Shown here: piece by piece, positions 1 to 10,722 of the stretch | How positions within the stretch are numbered: position 1 is the first letter of the stretch | Layout: each line of letters opens with the position of its first letter | NCBI RefSeq assembly: GCF_001194135.2 | Contig: NC_068992.1 | Location: 61,957,405-62,021,404 of the forward strand | DNA length: 64,000 nucleotides | Direction of reading: 5' to 3' | Source of the DNA: Octopus bimaculoides | Lineage: Eukaryota | The notes under the pieces: generated by a model | The model's input: only the letters and a program-made list of their open reading frames with translations | Told to the model about the DNA's origin: nothing | The model's database searches: none | Made by a program: the position numbers and the translations under genes

Positions 1-147
1 GATAGTGACAGACAGATAGACAATGAGACAGAGGTAGATAGTATGTTAGAGAGAGAGAGAGAGAGAGAGAGTGAGAGTGAGAGAAGGGGAGAGAGAGAGA
101 GTGAGAGTGAGAGAAGGGGAGAGAGAGAGAGAGAGTGAGAGAGAGGG
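1..147. repeat. (GA)n-derived purine tract with a duplicated ~30-bp unit
   Basis: GAGAGAGTGAGAGTGAGAGAAGGGGA occurs twice within (GA)n. Confidence 0.9.
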
Positions 148-224
148 AACGGTAACGGGGTGAACAATTAAAATGGGTCTATTTTTACATTTATGATTCA
201 TGAATGAGATGGAAGATAGAGTTA

Positions 225-370
225 TGGCGATGGTGACGGAGATACCGGTGATGATGGTTGTGGTGGCAGTGGTGGTAGTGGTGGTGTAGGTTCAGGTGCT
301 GGTGGTAGTGATGGTTGTGGTAATACTGAAGATGGTGGTAGTGGTTGATGGTTCTAGTGGNNNNNNNNNN

Positions 371-419
<49 letters not shown>

Positions 420-450
420 GTGGTGATAGTGGTGCTGGAGGATGAGGTAA
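225..450. repeat. (GGT)n/(GAT)n trinucleotide low-complexity tract
   Basis: Degenerate GGT repeats, a 10-N gap, then pure (GAT)n. Confidence 0.9.
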
Positions 451-543
451 TGGAAGAGGTTGTGGGAGGATGGAGGTGGTGAGAAGTATTGAATATTCGT
501 TCTGGGTTTCGATATTTAGTTCCGTCTTCTCGCCAGAAATGTT

Positions 544-780
544 AAGGCCCGAACTGGCAGAATCGTTAGCACGCCGGGCGAAATGCTTAGCGGTATTTCG
601 TCTGCCGTTACGTTCTGAGTTCAAATTCCGCCATGGTCGACTTTGCCTTTCATCCTTTCGGAGTCGATAAAGTAAGTACCAGTTACGCAATGGGGTCGAT
701 GTATTCGACTTAATCCCTTTGTATGTCCTTGCTTGTCCCCTCTATGTTTAGCCCCTTGTGGGCAATAAAGAAATAAGAAA
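544..780 (+). mobile_element. SINE family A, tail type A1, full length
   Basis: tRNA-like head AAGGC..CTGGCAGAATCGTTAGC..GTTCTGAGTTCAAATTCC, core GCCTTTCATCCTTTCGGAGTCGATAAA, tail GCCCCTTGTGGGCAATAAAGAAATAAGAAA; near-identical copies at 9108 and 54181. Confidence 0.9.
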
Positions 781-877
781 TATGTATATATGTATTAATA
801 TAAATAATATATAAATATATGCATTAATCCATACATATATGTACATACCGACATCTATATGTATATATACATGCATA

Positions 878-1065
878 AATGGGTGCAAAACATCAAAAAA
901 AAAAAAAAAACGTTAAACACAATGAGAAACGAAAACATAAAAATGAAAACATAGACAACGAACTTTTTTCGAACAACGAAAAAAACAGAGAAACGAGACA
1001 TACAACATAAAGAATATACCCCTTCGTCAGTTGTCCCTGTTTCATCCACTCCGCGTTTCAGAAAT
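878..1065. mobile_element. Unclassified interspersed repeat family F
   Basis: Shares the GGGT(A/G)CA start, A-rich body and CTTC(G/A)(T/C)CAG(T/C)TG motif with 42994-43185 and 47757-47880. Confidence 0.6.
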
Positions 1066-1183
1066 ATGTTACAAAAACAAAATAGAAACTACACATGGAA
1101 ATGTAAGGGGAAAGTAAGAAGAAAAATAAGTGAAAAATGCACATTGGAAATCAAAAACAGGAAAGGCTTTTTATGAAAAGTAA

Positions 1184-1186
<3 letters not shown>

Positions 1187-1255
<69 letters not shown>

Positions 1256-1446
1256 ACACTTATACATGCACATATACACATACATATCCATACATAACCA
1301 CATACACACGCACATATATATATATATATACATATAGAGACACATATATGTATACATGTATACTTACATACATGTATACTTACATACATGCATACACACA
1401 CACACGCACGCATACATACATACATACACACATATATTTTTAATGC

Positions 1447-1477
<31 letters not shown>

Positions 1478-1500
1478 TGGACGCACACACATATATGCCC
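1187..1500. repeat. (TA)n/(CATA)n/(CA)n microsatellite mosaic
   Basis: Direct inspection. Confidence 0.95.
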
Positions 1501-1599
1501 ATACATATACATAAGTGTGAGTGTGTGTGCTCGGGCGTGGTGTACGTTCGGCGTTCCATGATGCGGATTCAGCTATCCGAGATGGACTGAATTATCTTC

Positions 1600-1885
1600 T
1601 CTTTGATTAATCTGTAAGTGGCAGAGTATCTCACAAACACGTGTACCCTTAGAGCGTTTCTCAGGCAGAATCAATGTGCTGCAATAATTTGCATTTTCAG
1701 TTCAAATCGGATATAATCTACCCGACAGGCTTCTGTACAGTTTTCGTGCAATCGCCTTCACTCAAAAAGGAATGGGTCGACTCAAAGCTATAGAAGATTA
1801 TATTTGCCCAAGATACCACGCAATGGGCTCGAAGCCAAGATCTCAAGGTTGCAAAGCGAACTTCTAAACTATCCGCTCACACTGC
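1600..1885 (-). mobile_element. Degenerate SINE B fragment followed by the 5' half of SINE C
   Basis: AAGTGGCAGAGTATCTCACAAACACGTGTACCCTT matches family B; CGACAGGCTTCTGTACAGTT...TTGCCCAAGATACCACGCA matches family C. Confidence 0.65.
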
Positions 1886-1937
1886 ACCAGATGTGAGTTT
1901 GTGTGTGTATGTGTGCATGTGTATGTATGTATGTATG

Positions 1938-2048
1938 TCATTGTTCAGTTTTATTTCAAGAATTCTTGCCAATAGAGAAAGAGCCAGTTTTTAACCGAGA
2001 TCCAAAGCTCCTTCATTACAATTTCAACATCAACAACAGGATAATTTT
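1938..2048 (-). mobile_element. Short 3' end of the (CATA)n-associated RLE LINE family
   Basis: Reverse complement matches 37735-37850 and 60945-61048; (TATG)n on both sides. Confidence 0.8.
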
Positions 2049-2095
2049 GTATGTATGTATGTATGTATGTATGCATGTATATATGTATGTATGTT

Positions 2096-2168
<73 letters not shown>

Positions 2169-2393
2169 CTTTGTGAGTTGTGTGTGTACACACACACACA
2201 TAGATTGTCTATAATTTATCTTTACAACTTCCACAATTTATTGTATCTATTAAAGTTGAGATCCACCAATCAACTTCTTTGCCTGTTAAATAATTATTAT
2301 TATAGTTTTAGTTTAATTACTTTGTTTTAATAGTTAAGTCACTTTCGTTTGGCTTAAAAACCATTTTTTTATCGTCCCTGAATTTTAATGAAA

Positions 2394-2785
2394 ATGATAT
2401 CACTACAAAAGAAAGCGCAATGTGTACCCTGGTTCATAGAGACCAAATCAGAGACTTGAATCCAGCAGAATTACTGTGCAAAGCATGGAGAAGAATCACC
2501 AACTCGTGTAAACATCCGTTTCTGTTTATGGAAACAGGAAACAGGGGCTGGATGACAAAACATCTGTAGAAGACGTTGAGGGAATTCGAATAGCATTTCA
2601 TCTTAGGGCTACTAAGTCCTTTCGTACCGCATGTAGACAATTAAGTTTACCAAGGTCAACAATTTATAAAACTTAGCACACGAAACTGGAGATTTATGCT
2701 TACAAAGAGCAGCTTTTGCAAGAACGTCAGCCAGGTGACAAATCCCAAAGGAAACATTTTCAGTGGACATATTTTAAATGATTGA
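2394..2785 (+). pseudogene. Degenerate Tc1/mariner-superfamily transposase N-terminus (HTH region)
   Basis: Manual translation across stops and frameshifts: MISLQKKAQCVPWFIETKSET*IQQNY...FMETG...KSFRTACRQLSLPRSTIYK...YAYKEQLLQE, resembling mariner-like transposase N-termini. Confidence 0.7.
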
Positions 2786-4400
2786 TCTTCCTTCTAGCTA
2801 CCTCATTGCGAAGCGCAATGATTTCTTGTGTAATATTTTAAAATTAATTTTTAAATGAATTTCAATCATATTTTAATCTATTCGCAACTTGTAAAATTAA
2901 AAAAAAAAACGTTTAAGCTTCTTCCCCCTTATGTTTGTCTGTCCTTGTTTGTCCCCTCTCTGTAACGCCTCCAATGGCGAATTTTAATGAAATATAGAAG
3001 CTTTATTAGCACAACAATCGTTTCGGCTTCGTTCTGCACTGCTCCCTAGTGGGTGTGGGATGATGTAATGTCATCAGATGCAACATACAGTGCAGGATTC
3101 AATCACAGTCCTCCGTGTCTTAACATGGGTCTCCTGACGACAAAGTAAACTTCATTTAACCAAGATACCCTTGGCCTCAAGAGTAGCCTGCGTTATACAC
3201 TTCGCTTGGATATTTACCCCTTCCGAGGTTCCGCTCTCAGTGAAACAGATGTAGCCCGGATTTTGTCTACTCTATTCCTTAACGCTTGAATTTTTATTCG
3301 CATGCCTGGCAATCCTGGCGTCCTCCCGTGAAATATAAAATAATTTTTTTCAGCTTATCGTGCTTCGATACGGAAGANNNNNNNNNNNNNNNNNNNNNNN
3401 NNNNNNNNNNNNNNNNNNNNNNNNNNNNNNNNNNNNNNNNNNNNNNNNNNNNNNNNNNNNNNNNNNNNNNNNNNNNNNNNNNNNNNNNNNNNNNNNNNNN
3501 NNNNNNNNNNNNNNNNNNNNNNNNNNNNNNNNNNNNNNNNNNNNNNNNNNNNNNNNNNNNNNNNNNNNNNNNNNNNNNNNNNNNNNNNNNNNNNNNNNNN
3601 NNNNNNNNNNNNNNNNNNNNNNNNNNNNNNNNNNNNNNNNNNNNNNNNNNNNNNNNNNNNNNNNNNNNNNNNNNNNNNNNNNNNNNNNNNNNNNNNNNNN
3701 NNNNNNNNNNNNNNNNNNNNTATTTAGATATATTTCTTGTGTACACACTGATTATTATTGGTGATACATTTTTTTATATTAATCACGTTTCTAAATCTAC
3801 TACCTAAAATTGCAATTTTTAATTCGCAATTATTATAGTTCATCCAGAAAGTATTATCCAATTAATTAGCGTATTATATTTACCCGTGAATTTTCTCTCA
3901 ATCACGTGTTCCTAAGGAAGATATATTCAGGTTGATTAATATAACAAGCTACATTAGTTATATAGTTTGTAATCTTCTGACATGCGTTAAACTTAAAGTG
4001 GGCTTTTTAAGATGCTTTATTTTATATACGGTTACGTTGTTTATATAAACTATTGTAGGTTACCCACACACCCTTTAGAGAATAAATACTTTCCAGTCAC
4101 ATTAATATGCGTATATTCATATCTATTGATATATACAGAAGGTTACAATCTCCGACACATAAAGTACGTATTTCACAAATTCGTTTGTTTATACTCCAGT
4201 ATTTGTCCAAAATATACCAAACTTTAATTACTTTACATATACCAGTGTCCGTGAAAATTACAATCTAAAATGTCCGTATAGCATTATTCCATGTCGTAGA
4301 TCTCCATTGTTTGCAATGACATTATTCCATATTATAGATCTCTAGCTCGTCTTTGTAATTGGTTTTGATACTATCCAGGATTTTTTGGTGTTTTTTCTTT

Positions 4401-4760
4401 TTAGATTTTTTTTTCAAATTCCATGAAAGAATTTTTGATTTTATGGTTACATGTTGATACGATTTCCAAGTGCCTATTAACTATTTGTTGTTTGCCAAAA
4501 ATAATTTCTAGTGTCTCTTCTAAGCATAAGTTGCAGTATCGGGAGATTCCATTGTAGGGTTTGGTATATTTCAGTATAGACCATTTCGATGTATACACCT
4601 TTCCACTTCAATTTAAATTCCAGATGAGACTCGTTAATGGAGTGCAGAAAAATATGCGATGTGGTTTCTTTAGCAGTGTTTCACCATGTCAGCATTTGCA
4701 TCAATGTACACATATTTTTGTGCATCTGTCTGTACTTCACATTTATAAATAGCACCCCTT
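4401..4760 (-). pseudogene. Penelope-like element GIY-YIG endonuclease fragment
   Basis: AIYKCEV..KYVYI upstream; then WSILKYTKPY..CNLCLEE..N..EIVSTCNHK, the typical PLE C-terminus. Confidence 0.8.
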
Positions 4761-5658
4761 TAAGAAAATCATAGATAGCAACCCAGCAGACACTAGCTAA
4801 TGTATACAAATATTGCTTATAACGATAACAAAATAATATATTTATGGAAAACATTTAAGCTAACAAGATGATGTTAACATATTCTGGTTACCAAACTAAT
4901 GATAAATGATCTAAGGCGAGACGGAAAGGTGTGATTAGGGCAGACGTTAAATCGCCATTATCTTAAATTTGATCTAATATGCAGTGTAGTCCAAAGGAAG
5001 AAAAATATCATAACCAAAACACTACAATACACTGCTCTTAATGTGAATTTTATCCTCTCTATAATCTTCGTACTTTGTTCAGAACTGATAATGGTAAAAT
5101 GAACTTTTGTTTTATTATTTCCATATTTGTTCTAGCATAACCGAAACCCATGGGGTGAGGAGGACGTCTGGCGTCTTCAGTGAAATCTAATGAGTGCTTT
5201 TCTTTTTTCTTTGGCTTGCTGTGACGACAGGCAAGTAACGCCCGGTACTTTTTTCTGTTTTTTGCTTTTTCTTTTTGTCTCCCCCTTTGATGTGCTGCGA
5301 CGATTCACAAGTAACGTCTAAAATTTAGTGGAGCATTTTGATTTGTGTAATGGTAAATGTCTTCAAGCAAAAACATAGGACCAGCTAAAAAGCATTAATG
5401 TAACTGCCTAACGAAACATATGCATGATAATGGGTTCAAACTCGAGATTCATAGATATTATGAATAATCTCTAATAATGTTATGAATGTGAAAATGTCCC
5501 CACAAATGATCATGTGGGATGCAGAAACATATGTCATGATACATTAATAAGGCCTGTACATTTCCACCCGCAAGGCATTTTCGATATTATTATATTTATC
5601 CTAAGATGTATAACCATCCCATGGGATTACACTGGAAGATACGAATAACAGGTGCTAA

Positions 5659-5660
<2 letters not shown>

Positions 5661-5728
<68 letters not shown>

Positions 5729-5810
5729 TTCATTATTATTATTAATAATAATGATAATAATAATAATAATAATGATAATAATAATAATAATAACAACAGC
5801 AACAACAGGA

Positions 5811-5856
<46 letters not shown>

Positions 5857-5858
5857 CG

Positions 5859-5899
<41 letters not shown>
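5661..5899. repeat. (TAT)n-(TAA)n-(GAC)n-(AAC)n compound microsatellite
   Basis: Direct inspection. Confidence 0.95.
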
Positions 5900-6212
5900 T
5901 GTAATAATACTCCCCGCAAACGAATCAGAAGCAACGGGAAGAGCTATATCACAAGAATACGATGCTGATCAACAAGATATAGTGAGAACGATGTGCCGAT
6001 ATATTCGAGAACACCAGAATCGAGAACCCTCCAATCTGATGTACATTGATCGACGCAAGCTTAAAGTTGAAACCGAAAGGATAGATTCTGTCCTTGAACT
6101 TTTCCAGACGGGAAATATAACTGAAATCAACCAGATTATTTGGGCTGCAGCTATGGTTGCTGCAGACAGAGTTGGATACAGAAGAAGAGAACAAATAGAA
6201 CGTAAAGAACCA
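5900..6212 (+). pseudogene. Dong/R4-type non-LTR retrotransposon ORF fragment upstream of the RT
   Basis: IDRRKLKVETERIDSVL...NITEINQIIWAAAMVAADRVG...KEP resembles the R4/Dong segment preceding KEPWWKRR (recognised from memory). Confidence 0.65.
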
Positions 6213-6505
6213 TTTATAGATTTATGTTAGATTAAATGTGGCCTGTCTATTCCTTTTAAGGTAATATTCTTTAATAAATTCTTGGTTCCTGGTACATACG
6301 TATCTAATACTACTATAAATTCTATTATAACTACATTTAACTAACCTCCTCATAATTGTTTAAGAGATGACATACTGGTGGAGGGTATGATTTTATATAT
6401 TTTTCATTTTATTATACATAAATTTATTTTTATGTTGGCATTTTTTCCTCTCTCTTCAATACTGTTCAGTAATACCTCTCTCGACTGGAGTATTTTAATA
6501 AACTC
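6213..6505 (-). mobile_element. Inverted copy of the 3' end of the adjacent Penelope-like element
   Basis: 6401-6505 is the reverse complement of 7447-7551 at roughly 85-90% identity by manual alignment. Confidence 0.85.
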
Positions 6506-7555
6506 TTACTATGATAGTGCATTAAAAGAAGCATAATATAATACGAAAATTAGATTCTTTAATAATTACGGACCCAATAATAATACTAGTAAACATCCTC
6601 ACGCTCAAACCAACTATAGCAGTAATAGCAAAGATAATAATAAACAATATAAGGAAATAAAGATAATTATAATATACGTATAAATAAAAATAATAATAAA
6701 AATGATCATAGTAAAGATAATAAGAAAATAATTCGAATGGAAATAATCATAATTATTATATACCCACGAAGAATACACTGACAATGAACAAAAATAATAA
6801 TAAGAATTATAATAATAGTAATATTAATAATAAAAATAAACATAAGGAAATTATATGGTTAATTATCCCTTATGGGGTCTAGATCAAAACTAACTTAATT
6901 TAAGAAATTCTGAGCATAATAAAAACATTCTTTAAAAAGAACAAAACGTACTCGAAAATATTCTCAAACAAAACTATCAGAGTGGGCTATTCTACAACAA
7001 GAAATGTAAGTAATATTATATCCTCAATAAACAATGTCAAATTAAACAAATTCTATAACAATATTAACAATAGCTACGGAAGAAATATCACAAACAATAA
7101 ACATAACCGTATTTTAAATAAATGCACATGTAAAGACAAATTCAAATGTAGGCTTTGTAATAATTGCAACCTAGATAACGTAATTTATAGATGTACAGTA
7201 ACCTCTAATAATAATAATAAGAAGAAGAAGAAACAATATATTGGATCCACAGCGAACGAAATTAAAAGAAGAATTTCCCAGCATTATCAGTCCTTCAAAA
7301 ATCCCAAATTAATAAATTCGACAGGTCTAAGTAAATACATATGGGAGTCGAAATCTAATAAAATAGAATACACCCTTAATTGGAATATCATTTGTAGAGC
7401 GAAGTCATATAGAATAGGTAATAAAATGTGCTTATTATGCACAACGGAGTTTATGAAAATATTCCAGTCGAGAGAGGTATTACTGAACAGTATTGAAGAG
7501 AGAAAAAGAAAATGCCGACATAAGATTAACTTTACGTACAATAAAATGAAAGATT
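6506..7555 (+). pseudogene. 5'-truncated Penelope-like element: linker plus GIY-YIG endonuclease
   Basis: YYDSALKEA, EIIWLIIPY, KTIRVGYSTTRN, CTC..C..C..C..VIYRC, QYIGST, RISQHYQSF, LSKYIW, CLLC, LLN..E...CRH; stops and frameshifts upstream of 6982. Confidence 0.92.
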
Positions 7556-7559
7556 ATTA

Positions 7560-7624
<65 letters not shown>
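7556..7624. repeat. (TAT)n array
   Basis: Direct inspection. Confidence 0.95.
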
Positions 7625-7626
<2 letters not shown>

Positions 7627-7713
7627 GGCGGTGTGCTTGCAGAATCGTTAGCATGCCGGGCGAAATGTTTTGCAGCCTTTCGTCTGTCTTTACGTTCTGA
7701 ATTCAAATTCCAC
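7625..7713 (+). mobile_element. SINE family A head only, 3'-truncated
   Basis: AAGGCGGTGTGCTTGCAGAATCGTTAGC...GTTCTGAATTCAAATTCCAC, then an abrupt switch to transposase sequence. Confidence 0.85.
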
Positions 7714-8763
7714 AGTCCTTTCTTGATGGGACAGACTTTTCTAAAAACCATCTCTCCAACATGATTGCTGTGGATGACACTGCAGCGTTCATGGGCCAAG
7801 GATCTCAATCAACAATCGATCAAAAGGGTGCGTCGTCAATCTACAATCCCTCCACTGGTTACGAAAGTGCACGAGTCACGTGTATTTTGGCAATTCGTTT
7901 CGATGGAAGTAAAGCCACACCTTTAATCATCACTAAAGGCAGGAAGGAAACAATTGAACGCATTTCAGGCATCTGTATTCAGAAAAATGAAAAGACATGG
8001 TGCATACAGGCAGTTTTAAGGAAATGGATCGATTTTATGCTGCCATTTATTTTGCGAGGAGATTAAAGAGGTCTGGTAGTCTGGGATTCAGCCAGCACGC
8101 AACGTGCAAAAGACATGAAGAACTTCCTTCATGTCTTCATGAAAGAAGAATAGATCAAATCATGATTCTCGCAGGAATGACTGCCTATCTCCAGACTCTT
8201 GACATTGCAATAAATAAACCATTCAAGGACCATTTACGCATGGAAATCAATGACTTCATTGAAGACAGAATCGTGAGAAATCAGCGTGGAAATTTTGTGA
8301 AACCCAGCCTGCGAGAGATCATAACTTGGGTGACGAATTCATGGAACAAAATCACAGACAGCTGTGCTGCCAATGCACCACGAGCAGGGTACCTGGACAA
8401 GACCTTCTCATTCAACAAGACCTCAATTGCTCAGCATGAGAGATTGGGGACAACAGTTCTGAAGGAAATGGAGTTACACGAAAACTCCGCAGGAATTTTG
8501 GAATCCGGTGATTTGCAGAACATTGACATTTCAGAGGACGACGACATTACTGTTTTTGAATAAATGGTTGTTAATTAGTTTCTAAGTAAAAGAACATGTA
8601 AATCGTCAAGTAAACGTAGATCATTTTTCGTAATTTCTGTTTCTTTAGTAATTTCGCAATTTTCTATTTCGTAATGTCGTTTTTCGGTACGTGAAAAAAT
8701 AGGAACTTCCCTGAATATAAGCCCTAGTGCGTCATTTCGGAGTGAAAATTCGGGTAAATACGG
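7714..8763 (+). mobile_element. pogo/Tigger-type DNA transposon, 5'-deleted: DDE catalytic region and putative right end
   Basis: IAVDDTA, VTCILAI..DGSK..PLII, LVVWDSASTQ, YLQTLDIAINKPFKDHLR, acidic tail; stop at 8064-8066 and an 8-bp duplication near 8127-8141 causing a frameshift; terminal GAATATAAGCCCTAG...TTCGGGTAAATACGG. Confidence 0.9.
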
Positions 8764-8832
8764 AATTAAGGGATTATATACCTATTTTTGCCCAACCCTG
8801 TTTACACACAGACACATACACGCGCACACGAG

Positions 8833-8888
<56 letters not shown>

Positions 8889-9107
8889 NNNNNNNNNNNN
8901 NNNNNNNNNNNNNNNNNNNNNNNNNNNNNNNNNNNNNNNNNNNNNNNNNNNNNNNNNNNNNNNNNNNNNNNNNNNNNNNNNNNNNNNNNNNNNNNNNNNN
9001 NNNNNNNNNNNNNNNNNNNNNNNNNNNNNNNNNNNNNNNNNNNNNNNNNNNNNNNNNNNNNNNNNNNNNNNNNNNNNNNNGTGTTTATTTAATAATTAGG
9101 TGCTATT

Positions 9108-9711
9108 AAGGTGGCGAGTTGGCAGAAACGTTAGCACGCCGGGCGAAATGCTTAGCGGTATTTCGTCTGCCGTTACGTTCTGAGTTCAAGTTCCGCCGAG
9201 GTCGACTTTGCCTTTCAACCTTTCGGGGTCGATAAACTAAGTACCAGTTACGCACTGGGGTCAATCTAATCGACTTAATCCCTTTGTATGTCCTTGTTTG
9301 TCCCCTCTATGTTTAGCCCCTTGTGGGCAATAAAGAAATAAGAAACGTTAGCATGCCGGGCAAAATACTTAGTGGTATTTCGTCTGTCTTTACGTTCTGA
9401 GTTCAAATTCCACCGAGGTTGACTTTGGTTTTCATCCTTTCGGGGTCGATAAATTAAGTACCAGATGCGTACTGGGGTCGAGCTAATCGACTGACTTCCT
9501 TCCCCCAAATTTCGGGCCTTGTGCCTAGAGTAAAAAAGAATCGTTACCGCGCCGGGCAAAATGCTTAGCGGCGGTTCATATGTGTTTACGTTCTAGGTTC
9601 AAATGTCACCAGCGTCGTCTTTACCTTTCATCCTTTTGGGGCCGATAAAATCGATTTAATCGACTTAGCCCCACCCAGGAAATTGCTGGCTTTGATCCAA
9701 AATTTTAAACA
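9108..9711 (+). mobile_element. Head-to-tail trimer of SINE family A with tails A1, A2, A3
   Basis: Units 9108-9344, 9345-9540, 9541-9711; flanking direct repeat AATAATTAGGT(G/A)CTAT at 9091-9106 and 9712-9727. Confidence 0.9.
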
Positions 9712-9982
9712 AATAATTAGGTACTATAGTGTCACCAAACTGGAGAGGGGGTGGATAGCATGGCTTGATTCAGATGCCGATAGCCTTCTCTTTACACAGA
9801 GGAACAACATGGCGGAGCGAAAATATGTCCAAGAAACGTCGTCACATTAAATACAAATACTGTAGGTTCCTTTATATGCAAAATGGCGAATTGAAAAGCG
9901 TCGGTTAACAGTGATTATGCTAAGATTAGGCAGAACTTCCCTATAGGTGTACTTAAAAATATCAATTCAACAATAAAAGGAG

Positions 9983-10057
<75 letters not shown>

Positions 10058-10149
10058 TCTTGATGGTGTACAAAGGTGGAAAAGAGAAAGTTCGCAAATC
10101 GTACTTGCATCTCTGAGTTTCACGCTTGATATCTGCGAACGATTCTCAT

Positions 10150-10455
10150 TTTAGCGTTCAAGGCTCCCGATCGTAACGTTGTTAGTTCGATCCCTGGCGG
10201 CATGTTGTGTTCTTCAGCAAGACACTTTGCTTCGTGTTGCTCCAGTTCACTCAAACAGCAAAAATGAGGTGTACACCTGCAATTTAAAGGGCTAACTTTG
10301 TCATATTCTGTGTCATGCTGAATCCCTATGAGAACTACGTTAAGGGTGCTTGTGTCTGTAGAACGCTCAGCCACTTGTATGTTAATTCCAGGAGCAGGCT
10401 ATTCCGTTTATCGGATAATCTGGAGTTCTCGTCGTCATATCCGACGGAACTCCAG
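10150..10455 (+). mobile_element. SINE family B (tRNA head, CORE-like centre)
   Basis: B-box GTTCGATCCC; TGTGTTCTTCAGCAAGACACTTTG..CTCCAGTTCACTCA resembles the CORE domain; tail CTCGTCGTCATATCCGACGGAACTCC. Confidence 0.85.
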
Positions 10456-10504
10456 CTAGTGAAGAATGTTGGGTGGATGTAGGACGTAATCTGAATATGT
10501 GGCA

Positions 10505-10650
10505 TAAATGTCAGAATAGGAAAATGAATGTCAAACGTGAAATAAATGTGAACGTGATATAAATGTCAAAAGCGTGAAATAACCGTCAAATGTGACAGAA
10601 ATGTCAAGCGTAATTTAAATGTCAAAAGTAGAAATAAATGTCCAGCATAA
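10505..10650. repeat. Degenerate ~18-20-bp minisatellite, AAATGTCAAACGTGAAAT-like
   Basis: About 7 recurrences of AAATGTC/AAATGTG. Confidence 0.75.
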
Positions 10651-10688
10651 TTACACGCACACACATACATACACACATGCATATATGA

Positions 10689-10722
<34 letters not shown>

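Noticed and set aside
9108-9711. CRISPR-like array
   Set aside because: Units are whole ~170-240-bp SINEs, with no short repeat/unique spacer structure and no cas genes; eukaryotic context
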